NCBI GenBank assembly: GCA_964387845.1
Contig: CAYLXA010000002.1
Coordinates: 32,001 to 96,000, forward strand
Direction: 5' to 3'
Source: an uncultured bacterium
GTDB taxonomy: Bacteria > Omnitrophota > Omnitrophia > Omnitrophales > Abzuiibacteriaceae
DNA: 64,000 nt
This document shows, one piece after another, positions 36,533 to 44,774 of the stretch (the stretch's first letter is position 1; every line of letters starts with the position of its first letter). Made by a program: the position numbers and the translations under genes. A model generated the notes under the pieces. That model saw only the letters and a program-made list of their open reading frames with translations. It was not told the DNA's origin and ran no database searches.

Positions 36533-37488
36533 AAGCACTGGTAACGGGCGGCGCGGGTTTTATCGGATCCAACTTGGCAATCACTTTAGAATCGCAAGGG
36601 ATCGATGTGACGGTTCTGGATAATTTCAAGTCCGGCGATTTCCGGAATCTGAGTGATTTCAAAGGCGATGTCACTGCGCAGGATGCAGCAGAAACGGATT
36701 GGAATGTGCTTCCGAAGTTTGACGTCATTTTCCATCAACAGGCCATCACCGACACGACAGTGCTTGATCAAAAATGGATGCTCGCGCAAAATGTGGAAGC
36801 TTTTCGCGGTTTGGTTGACTATTGTACCGGTAAGAAAATTCCTCTGATTTATGCTTCATCTGCAGGGGTTTACGGTAACGAGCCGCCGCCGCAGTGTGAA
36901 AATGGGCCGTTAAAACCGCTCAATATCTATGGCTTTTCGAAATTGTTAATGGATCGTCTGACGTTCAAGACAATCAAAACTGCCAAAAGCCCAATCGTGG
37001 GCTTGCGTTATTTCAACGTGTTCGGGCCGCGCGAGCAGTACAAAGGAAAAGCGGCGAGCATGATCTATCAACTGTCGGAGCAGATCCGCGCTGGAAAAAA
37101 GCCCCGGATTTTTGAATTTGGCGAGCAGGAACGCGATCATATTTATGTCAAAGATGTTGTGAGCGCTAATTTGTGCGCCTGGAAATCCGGGAAAAGTGGT
37201 GTTGTGAATGTGGGAACCGGCAAGCCGACTTCCTTCAACCGGCTGCTCGAAATTATTAAAGAATTTTTTGGAACAAACGTTGAAACCGAATATTTCAAAA
37301 ATCCGTATGATTTTTATCAAAATCATACATGCGCGGATGCTTCAAGTGCGCAAAAGTTGATCGGCTTTAAAGCCGAATGGAGTATCGAAAAGGGAATTAA
37401 GGATTATTTGGGTATATTGTATTCAGAAAAGAAATCAAGCTCTCTCAATCAATCTGCTAAGAAAACTCGCCAAAAAGTCACGTCTTAA
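36529..37488 (+). CDS. hldD: ADP-L-glycero-D-manno-heptose-6-epimerase-like SDR
   Basis: [13 protein letters not shown]…VLDN N-terminus. YGFSK catalytic motif. RYFNVFGP block typical of HldD/UDP-sugar epimerases. Confidence 0.6.
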   Translation: MKALVTGGAGFIGSNLAITLESQGIDVTVLDNFKSGDFRNLSDFKGDVTAQDAAETDWNVLPKFDVIFHQQAITDTTVLDQKWMLAQNVEAFRGLVDYCTGKKIPLIYASSAGVYGNEPPPQCENGPLKPLNIYGFSKLLMDRLTFKTIKTAKSPIVGLRYFNVFGPREQYKGKAASMIYQLSEQIRAGKKPRIFEFGEQERDHIYVKDVVSANLCAWKSGKSGVVNVGTGKPTSFNRLLEIIKEFFGTNVETEYFKNPYDFYQNHTCADASSAQKLIGFKAEWSIEKGIKDYLGILYSEKKSSSLNQSAKKTRQKVTS

Positions 37489-37561
37489 GCCCATGTAGCT
37501 CAGCTGGTAGAGCGGCGCTTTCGTAAAGCGTAGGTCGTCAGTTCAATCCTGACCGTGGGCT
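37489..37561 (+). tRNA. tRNA-Thr (anticodon CGU)
   Basis: 73-nt cloverleaf by eye: 7-bp acceptor stem GCCCATG/CGTGGGC, D-arm GCTC/GAGC, anticodon stem GCGCT/AGCGT with loop TTCGTAA, T-arm GTCAG-TTCAATC-CTGAC. Starts 1 nt after the hldD stop. Confidence 0.85.
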
Positions 37562-37564
37562 GTT

Positions 37565-39013
37565 TTATTTTGATTTACGAAGATGAGAGGGAAGGATCCG
37601 CAGAATATCGCGGTATTTGGCGATGGTGCGCCGCGCGACTTGAACACCGTCCGCTTTCAACAAACTCACAATTTTTGCATCACTAAAAGGTTTCTTCGGG
37701 TCTTCTGAATCAACCAGGTTTTTGATTTTTTCCATCACGCTTTTTTGCGATTCCATCTCACCATTATCGGCTGCCAATGCATTCGAGAAAAAGCTCTTCA
37801 AAGGAATCGTGCCTTGCGGCGAGCGGACGTATTTCCCCTGAATCGCACGGCTGATGGTGGATTCGTGAATTCCGACTTTATCGGCAATGTCGCGCAGGCG
37901 GAGCGGCTTAAGCTGCGCAAACCCATTATCTAAAAAATCTTTCTGTGCCTTCACGATTTCTTCGGCAATCCGCCGCAAAGTAGATTTTCGCTCGCTTAAG
38001 GCGCGGATGTACATCAAAGCCGCCTGCATTTTTTCGCGTAAAAAGGCTTTCGTTTTCGGATCGACATCTTTTTGTTTGATCATTTTCCGGTACATCGGGT
38101 TGATGCGAAGTTCCGGAATTGTTTCGTTGTGGATTTCGATATCGTATTCGTTTTCGTTGTCATCCGACGGCATGATCGTAATGTCGGGAATTACGGAGAT
38201 AGCCTCATCTTGATAAAAAATCCGCCCCGGTTTCGGCTCAAGTGATGCGATTAATTTGCAGGCTTGTGAAATATGATCCGGCGAAGCGGCGAGAGCTTTT
38301 GCAATCTGATCGATCTGCCTTCGCTCAAGCAATTGAAAGTGTGACTCCACAATCTTAATCGGCAGCGCGCCGCTTTTGCGCCGTTTCAACTGCAGGATTA
38401 AAACCTCTTGAATGTTGCGTCCGCCCACGCCCGGCGGATCGAGCGTTTGAATCGCTTCTAAAATTTTCTCAACCGTATCTTTTTCCGTTTGTGCGGCGGC
38501 GGCAATTTCGTCAACGGAGCCCGCGAAATAGCCGTCTTCATTGATGCTGCCGATAATTTCCTGGGCAATTTTCTCTTTCTCCTCATCAAGACCCAAAAGG
38601 CCCAGCTGCCATTCAAGATAATCGGTTAGGGTGGGCGCTTTTGAGAGAATCGACTCCTGGTAGTCCTTCTTCTTTTGGAGATCGGAAGCAAGCCCTTCGG
38701 TAAGGTCGGTTTGCCTGAATAGATTTTCGCGCATGTCATCATCTAGCGCGCTCATTTGGTCTAACTTTTCGTCGAATTCCAGTTCGGATTCCGACGTTCC
38801 GGAATCATTTAAATCATCCGTTATTTCGCCGTCTTCAGATTCATCTTTGACTTCTTCCAGTACCGGATTTTGCGCGAGTTCCTGCTCGACCGACAATTGC
38901 AAATCGGTGATGGGAAGCTGCAGCAATTTTAAAAATTGACGAAGCTGCGGCGACAGGATGAGCTGCTGTGATTGTGACTGCGAAAGTTGAGGTTGCAGGT
39001 TCGGGGAAGACAT
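37565..39013 (-). CDS. rpoN: RNA polymerase sigma-54 factor
   Basis: Glutamine-rich N-terminus, acidic region, HTH and C-terminal RpoN box ARRTIAKYR. Confidence 0.9.
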   Translation of the reverse strand: MSSPNLQPQLSQSQSQQLILSPQLRQFLKLLQLPITDLQLSVEQELAQNPVLEEVKDESEDGEITDDLNDSGTSESELEFDEKLDQMSALDDDMRENLFRQTDLTEGLASDLQKKKDYQESILSKAPTLTDYLEWQLGLLGLDEEKEKIAQEIIGSINEDGYFAGSVDEIAAAAQTEKDTVEKILEAIQTLDPPGVGGRNIQEVLILQLKRRKSGALPIKIVESHFQLLERRQIDQIAKALAASPDHISQACKLIASLEPKPGRIFYQDEAISVIPDITIMPSDDNENEYDIEIHNETIPELRINPMYRKMIKQKDVDPKTKAFLREKMQAALMYIRALSERKSTLRRIAEEIVKAQKDFLDNGFAQLKPLRLRDIADKVGIHESTISRAIQGKYVRSPQGTIPLKSFFSNALAADNGEMESQKSVMEKIKNLVDSEDPKKPFSDAKIVSLLKADGVQVARRTIAKYRDILRILPSHLRKSK

Positions 39014-39130
39014 TTTTTATCTATTTTGAATGCCAACGAAAGCCTATCACCTTTTAGGGGTCGTGTCAAAGCGCATTCCGGCTGTAAAAACGTTTATAAA
39101 CCGCGTTTTCACAATTACTTATGGAATGAA

Positions 39131-39158
39131 TTGACACCCCTCTTTTGTCTGCTATAAT
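39131..39158 (+). promoter_or_regulatory. consensus sigma-70 promoter (TTGACA-N16-TATAAT) for accD
   Basis: Exact TTGACA at ~39131-39136 and TATAAT at ~39153-39158 in the rpoN/accD divergent spacer. GAGGA RBS follows at ~39172. Confidence 0.6.
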
Positions 39159-39180
39159 TTTCACTTTACATGAGGATATT

Positions 39181-40092
39181 GTGACAGCAGCCAATAACGC
39201 TCCGCCAACCGAAAATTCGCCCAAGAAGCCTGTTACGGGCCCAATCCGGAAAAAAAATGTTCCGGAAGGTTTATGGGTTAAATGCCCGAGCTGCAATCAC
39301 ACCCTTTACAGTAAGGCCCTGCAGGAAAACGAGTCCGTTTGTACCAAGTGCGATTACCATTTCATCATTGGAGCAAAAGAGCGCATTGCGCAGTTGATTG
39401 ACGAAGGTACTTTCCGCGAGCTAGATGCCAATCTCAGGGCGGCTGATCCGCTGGGCTTTACCGGAAGTAAATCATACTTAGATAAAGTTAAACAGGATCA
39501 AAAGAAAACAGGCCTGGCCGAAGCCGTGATTGTCGGGCATGGAAAATTGGAAGGATCGGACGTTGCGCTCGCAGCAACCGATTCCCGTTTTATCATGGGT
39601 TCGATGGGTTCTGTGGTGGGCGAGAAAATCACGCGGCTGATCGAATCTGCGATGCAGAAAAAGGTTCCGCTTATTATTGTGTCCGGCTCAGGCGGCGGCG
39701 CGCGGATGTATGAGGGTGCTTTGAGTCTCATGCAAATGGCAAAAACCTCGGCTGCACTTGCGCAATTTTCCAAAACCAAAATGCCTTATATTTCGGTTTT
39801 GACGAATCCGACCATGGGCGGCGTAATGGCAAGTTTTGCGTCGTTGGGCGACATTATCGTTGCCGAGCCCAAGGCGCTGATCGGTTTTGCCGGCCCGCGC
39901 GTAATCGAACAAACAATTCGCCAAAAATTGCCGCCGGATTTTCAAACTTCGGAATTTTTGCTCAAGCATGGCATGATCGACTTGGTTGTGGAACGGAAAG
40001 AATTAAAACAAACTTTACATCGCTTGGTTCAACTGTGTGCCGGAGGAGAAAATGGCTCGCGTCTCGCTAAAAGACGTCACGAAACTGTATAA
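39181..40092 (+). CDS. accD: acetyl-CoA carboxylase carboxyltransferase beta subunit
   Basis: CPSCNHTLY…CTKCDYH zinc ribbon followed by a crotonase-like CT domain. The promoter -10 lies downstream of the track start 39145, so the start is revised to the in-frame GTG 39181, which has an RBS. Confidence 0.85.
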   Translation: MTAANNAPPTENSPKKPVTGPIRKKNVPEGLWVKCPSCNHTLYSKALQENESVCTKCDYHFIIGAKERIAQLIDEGTFRELDANLRAADPLGFTGSKSYLDKVKQDQKKTGLAEAVIVGHGKLEGSDVALAATDSRFIMGSMGSVVGEKITRLIESAMQKKVPLIIVSGSGGGARMYEGALSLMQMAKTSAALAQFSKTKMPYISVLTNPTMGGVMASFASLGDIIVAEPKALIGFAGPRVIEQTIRQKLPPDFQTSEFLLKHGMIDLVVERKELKQTLHRLVQLCAGGENGSRLAKRRHETV

Positions 40093-41155
40093 CAACTCGG
40101 TTGTGGCAGTCGATAAAGTATCGCTCGACATTGAGGACAAAGAGTTTGTTGTGTTAGTCGGTCCGTCGGGTTGCGGAAAGTCTACCACACTACGGATGGT
40201 CGCAGGACTCGAAGAAATTTCATCCGGCGAAATTTTTATCGATAACCAAGTCGTCAACGACATTCCCGCAAAAAACCGCGATATTGCCATGGTTTTTCAA
40301 AATTATGCGCTATACCCTCACATGACTGTTTACGAGAACATGGCATTTGGCCTTAAACTCAGACATTATCCAAAGAAGGAAATTGACAGGCGGGTTCATG
40401 AGGCAGCCGAAATTTTAGGGTTGGCTGATCGTATCAAGCGGAAACCAAAAGAACTCTCTGGAGGCGAGCGGCAGCGTGTAGCGCTGGGCCGTGCGATCGT
40501 GCGGAAACCAAAAGTGTTTCTGTTCGATGAGCCTCTGAGTAACCTTGATGCTAAATTGCGCGTTCAAATGCGTTCAGAAATCAAAAAACTACACAATCGT
40601 CTTCAGTCGACCATGATCTATGTGACCCATGACCAAGTTGAAGCGCTCACGCTCGGTGATCGTATTGTTGTCATGAAGGACGGGTTGGTCCAGCAAGTTG
40701 ATAAACCGATCAATTTATACGAAAACCCCAACAACCGGTTTATCGCAGGCTTTATTGGTTCGCCGCCCATGAATTTTCTGAAAGGAAATATCGTGCCGCA
40801 TAACGGCGGGTTGGCTTTTGCGGATAAGGCTATCCGGCTTAAAATCCTTAAGCAGCACGAAAAACATCTTTCAGAATACGTAAACCGGGAGGTTTATTTT
40901 GGGATCCGGCCCGAAGACATTTATGACAAATTGTTTGCCCAGGATGCTTCAGAAGAATTTACGATTACCGCAACGGTTGATATTGTTGAACCGATGGGTG
41001 CCGAAATTTTTATTTATTTCACAGTCGGACGAAACAGCTTTATCGCCCGCGTCGACAATCAGGACACCGCGTCTGCCCGGCAAGATCTCCAAGTTGTTTT
41101 TGATATGTCGAAAGCGCATTTTTTTGACATCGAATCCGAGAAAGCAATCGTATAA
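40052..41155 (+). CDS. ABC transporter ATP-binding protein, MalK/UgpC-like with C-terminal TOBE domain
   Basis: Walker A GPSGCGKST, signature LSGGERQRV, Walker B LFDEPLSNLD. 41-nt overlap with accD. No permease or binding-protein gene adjacent. Confidence 0.85.
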   Translation: MARVSLKDVTKLYNNSVVAVDKVSLDIEDKEFVVLVGPSGCGKSTTLRMVAGLEEISSGEIFIDNQVVNDIPAKNRDIAMVFQNYALYPHMTVYENMAFGLKLRHYPKKEIDRRVHEAAEILGLADRIKRKPKELSGGERQRVALGRAIVRKPKVFLFDEPLSNLDAKLRVQMRSEIKKLHNRLQSTMIYVTHDQVEALTLGDRIVVMKDGLVQQVDKPINLYENPNNRFIAGFIGSPPMNFLKGNIVPHNGGLAFADKAIRLKILKQHEKHLSEYVNREVYFGIRPEDIYDKLFAQDASEEFTITATVDIVEPMGAEIFIYFTVGRNSFIARVDNQDTASARQDLQVVFDMSKAHFFDIESEKAIV

Positions 41156-41207
41156 CGTTGTTCGGTAAAACGGATTTGCCAGCCGTACGTCGTTTTGAAC
41201 ATTTGAG

Positions 41208-42665
41208 GTGGCGGAAAATATGCCAAGCATAGCGGCACGACTTGATCGGGTCGAATTGCGAATCCTGGCTTTTTTATCCGCACAACTCCTGCTTGCCTTC
41301 TGCATTTACCAATCGATCCTCAAGCTCCGGGAAGCCTACTACCGACTCCTTGCATTACATCACATTTCCTTTTATTGCTCTGTCGCGCTGATTGCAATTC
41401 TTTTGGGGTGGTTTGGGTTGAAAAAAATCGGTGCATTTATTACCGGAATGATTGCATCCTGCGCCGCCATTTTGTGCGCCATCGTAATGAGTGAAAGCTG
41501 GCTTATTATTTTTCCTCTCAGTTATTTGTTTCTCTTTTTATTAATCCAAATTGTTGAGAAACGGTATTCGGATGAGTGCGTGGTCCGCGAGGTTGAAATC
41601 GATAAATATTTGGCAGGAAAAAATGATCTAGAGCTTGCCTTCATTGAAAAAGGGCGGGGTATCAGCGTTTGCTTTGAAAAGTATTCAACTTACTATAACT
41701 TGCGCCGCTTGGCAGATGAATTTTCAACCACCTTCCAGCTTTCGGAGCTTGGAACAATCGTGGTGAATCGCACAATCGAATTTATTCAGCGCGGCAGTTC
41801 GTGCTTGTTATTTTTAGCGTCGCATGAGCACGATCAAATTTCTTTAATTGCATCAAAATACAGCACGCCGAACCAAAAGAGGCCGCTTCGAAAGCTGGGA
41901 GATATTCTAGATTTTTGGGTACTGCGCAACCGCCAGCATCTGCTCGTGAATGATTTACAAAATGATTTTCGTTTTGACCTTAGAAAAGCCACAGCGCTTG
42001 AAAATTTGGCGAGTGCTATTTTGGCGCCGATCACGCACGAGGGAAAGGTGGTGGGTACGCTGCGAATTAATTCAGAGAAGCCGGACTCATTCACAACCGA
42101 CCACTTGCGGCTTCTGGATGCGATCGCCACTCTGGCATCGTCGGCTTTGTCGAATGCGCTTTTGTATCAAAAAACAGAAGAGCTTGCAATTCGCGACTCA
42201 CTGACCGGCCTGTATGTGCACCGCTATTTTCTGGATCGCTTGAAGGATGAGCATCAACGAGCATTGTTAAATCATGAAAATTTGTCTCTTCTGATGTGCG
42301 ACTTGGATCATTTTAAAAATATCAATGACCACTACGGGCATGCGATCGGTGATTTGGCTTTGCAGCGCTTGGCGCGAGTGCTTCGAACGCACTGCGAGCA
42401 TGCGATTGTTGCCCGGTACGGCGGTGAGGAGTTTGCCGTTTTACTTCCGCAGATTACAAAAGTCGAAGCCAAAAAATTAGCCGAGAAGATTCGTCAGCAG
42501 GTAGAAACGGAACGCATTGAGATCAGGCGCGATGTTTTGCCGGTCACAGTATCAATCGGTGTTGCCAACATCCCCGACGATACGCTCGATTCGGAGGAGC
42601 TCATCCGGCTTGCCGATACGCGCCTTTATCAGGCCAAGCATGAAGGACGAAACCGCGTATGTTGA
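41208..42665 (+). CDS. membrane-anchored GAF-GGDEF diguanylate cyclase
   Basis: N-terminal TM helices, a GAF-like middle domain, RYGGEEF active site and RxxD I-site. Confidence 0.8.
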   Translation: MAENMPSIAARLDRVELRILAFLSAQLLLAFCIYQSILKLREAYYRLLALHHISFYCSVALIAILLGWFGLKKIGAFITGMIASCAAILCAIVMSESWLIIFPLSYLFLFLLIQIVEKRYSDECVVREVEIDKYLAGKNDLELAFIEKGRGISVCFEKYSTYYNLRRLADEFSTTFQLSELGTIVVNRTIEFIQRGSSCLLFLASHEHDQISLIASKYSTPNQKRPLRKLGDILDFWVLRNRQHLLVNDLQNDFRFDLRKATALENLASAILAPITHEGKVVGTLRINSEKPDSFTTDHLRLLDAIATLASSALSNALLYQKTEELAIRDSLTGLYVHRYFLDRLKDEHQRALLNHENLSLLMCDLDHFKNINDHYGHAIGDLALQRLARVLRTHCEHAIVARYGGEEFAVLLPQITKVEAKKLAEKIRQQVETERIEIRRDVLPVTVSIGVANIPDDTLDSEELIRLADTRLYQAKHEGRNRVC

Positions 42666-44095
42666 AAACATTCAGCGCATTTTTAACAGCAATCGTTTTT
42701 TTGATAGCGGCATTCCTTCAGTCAAATAACCAAATTGATCACCTTGCTGCGTATACCACCGTTTCATTGGTGGCCACTTTGTACTTGCTGAGCCTGGAAA
42801 AGCGCTGGATGGCAAAAATAATCGGAGGATGGTTTTTGATCGGGCTTGTTATTAAATCAAAAGTGATCGGACCTGTTTATTCGGCCATGCTTTCATTTAG
42901 TTTTGCTTCAATTGTACTTCTTTGGCTGTATTTTCTGACGACTTGGAAAGAAAAATTAGCATTTGTTGATCTTCAACGGAAGCGAGTAGATGACGATACG
43001 CGCATTCTAAAGGATAAATATGATGCGCGCGACGAAAGCCTGTCGCATTTGGAGCGGCAAGTTACCGGCCTGCAAAACTTGTTTGAGGTTGCTCGCGACT
43101 TCAATGAATGCCTTACGTATGACGAATTGATCTTAACGTTAAGCCAGAAAGTGCGCTCAGAGATTCCTTATCGAAAATTGGCGTTGTCCGTGTTGGATTC
43201 TAAAGGGGCAAACAGCAGGGAGATTGTTAAAGTTTTTGCGGTTAGTGATGTCAAAGAGAATATCGGCGATTCACAGCCTCCAACCGACTTTGATAAATTT
43301 TGTTTTAGCCAGGTCCAGGATGGTAAGAAAGTGGTGCAAATCTCTGCTGCGCAGGCTAAGTCGTTTGACTATCTCCGGGAGGTTTCGGTTGATTTTCCGC
43401 TCTGGATTTTCTCGATTTACTCAAAGGAAAAAATGATCGCAACCCTCTCGGTTCAGGGGGCTATGGATGACGATTTCCCAAAGTATGAGTTGTTGGTTTC
43501 GCAATTGGCTCTCCAAGTCAAAAAAATCGAACTTTACGAAACAGTGAAGGAATTGTCGATTGTGGATGGGTTGACAAAGGTTTTTGTCAGGCGCCACTTT
43601 TTGGAGCGCTTTGAGGAAGAATTAAAGCGTGCCATCAAACGTCGTAACCCATTGACTGTTTTATTATTAGACATCGATAACTTCAAAAGTTATAATGACA
43701 CCTTCGGACATCTGGTGGGGGATGGTACGTTACGTGAAGTGGCGGCAGTTATTCGCGAGCACGTAAGAAAAGTGGATTTGGTGGCGCGTTACGGAGGGGA
43801 AGAATTTGTGATTGTCATGCCTGAAATTACCAATCCCTTCAATATCGAATCTGCGGAAAGAATCCGGTCTGCAGTTGCTCAGAGAAAATTCCGGATTTAT
43901 GATGAGGAAACGCGCGTAACCGTCAGCATTGGTTTAGCATCGTTTCCGTCAGATTTGGATGAACCGCGAGTTTCCGAGTTTCAAGAACCGCTAATGCTGG
44001 AATTGATTCAAAAGGCCGACAAAGCTCTTTATCGCGCAAAGGAAGACGGTCGTAATCGAGTGGTCAGTTATCATTCAATTCAAAATAAGGGGTAA
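42659..44095 (+). CDS. membrane-anchored GAF-GGDEF diguanylate cyclase (paralog)
   Basis: Same architecture as the upstream DGC. RYGGEEF motif. The start overlaps the upstream stop (ATGTTGA). Confidence 0.8.
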   Translation: MLKTFSAFLTAIVFLIAAFLQSNNQIDHLAAYTTVSLVATLYLLSLEKRWMAKIIGGWFLIGLVIKSKVIGPVYSAMLSFSFASIVLLWLYFLTTWKEKLAFVDLQRKRVDDDTRILKDKYDARDESLSHLERQVTGLQNLFEVARDFNECLTYDELILTLSQKVRSEIPYRKLALSVLDSKGANSREIVKVFAVSDVKENIGDSQPPTDFDKFCFSQVQDGKKVVQISAAQAKSFDYLREVSVDFPLWIFSIYSKEKMIATLSVQGAMDDDFPKYELLVSQLALQVKKIELYETVKELSIVDGLTKVFVRRHFLERFEEELKRAIKRRNPLTVLLLDIDNFKSYNDTFGHLVGDGTLREVAAVIREHVRKVDLVARYGGEEFVIVMPEITNPFNIESAERIRSAVAQRKFRIYDEETRVTVSIGLASFPSDLDEPRVSEFQEPLMLELIQKADKALYRAKEDGRNRVVSYHSIQNKG

Positions 44096-44098
44096 GAC

Positions 44099-44758
44099 AT
44101 GAAATTTTTTGTGGACTCTGCAAATGTTGCTGAAATACGCGAAGCGGCAAGCTGGGGTGTTTTGGATGGCGTTACAACCAATCCATCGCTTGTCAGCAAG
44201 GAAAAGAAAGATTTTCATAAGCTAGTCCATGAGATTTGTGAAATTGCAAACGGACCGGTAAGTGCTGAAGTGGTGTCGACCAAATGTGCAGATATGGTCA
44301 TTGAAGGCAAGGCGCTTGCTAAGATACATCCCCACGTTGTTGTTAAAATCCCTCTCATCGTTGAAGGCTTAAAAGCCGTTAAAATATTAAGCAGCGAAGG
44401 CATCAAAACCAACGTAACGCTTTGTTTCTCGGCGACCCAAGCGCTTTTGGCGGCCAAAGCCGGCGCAACGTATATTAGCCCGTTTGTCGGGAGGCTCGAT
44501 GACATCGCTCATGACGGGATGCAGCTCATACGGGATATTCGCGTGATCTACGACAATTACAGCTTTAAAACTCAAATTTTAACCGCCAGCACGCGCGGGC
44601 CTTTACACATCCTGGAAGCTGCGCGAGTTGGTTCTGACGTGGTCACGATGCCGTTTAAAGTACTTGAACAAATCGTGAAACATCCATTGACCGACATCGG
44701 TTTAGAAAAATTTCTGGCCGACTGGGCTTCGGTAGCATCCGTTAAACAAACTAAATAA
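44099..44758 (+). CDS. transaldolase / fructose-6-phosphate aldolase family (short Tal/FSA)
   Basis: 219 aa. N-terminal [13 protein letters not shown]…GVTTNPSL. Schiff-base lysine context VVVKIP. Confidence 0.8.
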   Translation: MKFFVDSANVAEIREAASWGVLDGVTTNPSLVSKEKKDFHKLVHEICEIANGPVSAEVVSTKCADMVIEGKALAKIHPHVVVKIPLIVEGLKAVKILSSEGIKTNVTLCFSATQALLAAKAGATYISPFVGRLDDIAHDGMQLIRDIRVIYDNYSFKTQILTASTRGPLHILEAARVGSDVVTMPFKVLEQIVKHPLTDIGLEKFLADWASVASVKQTK

Positions 44759-44774
44759 ATCTCAATTCCGGCGC

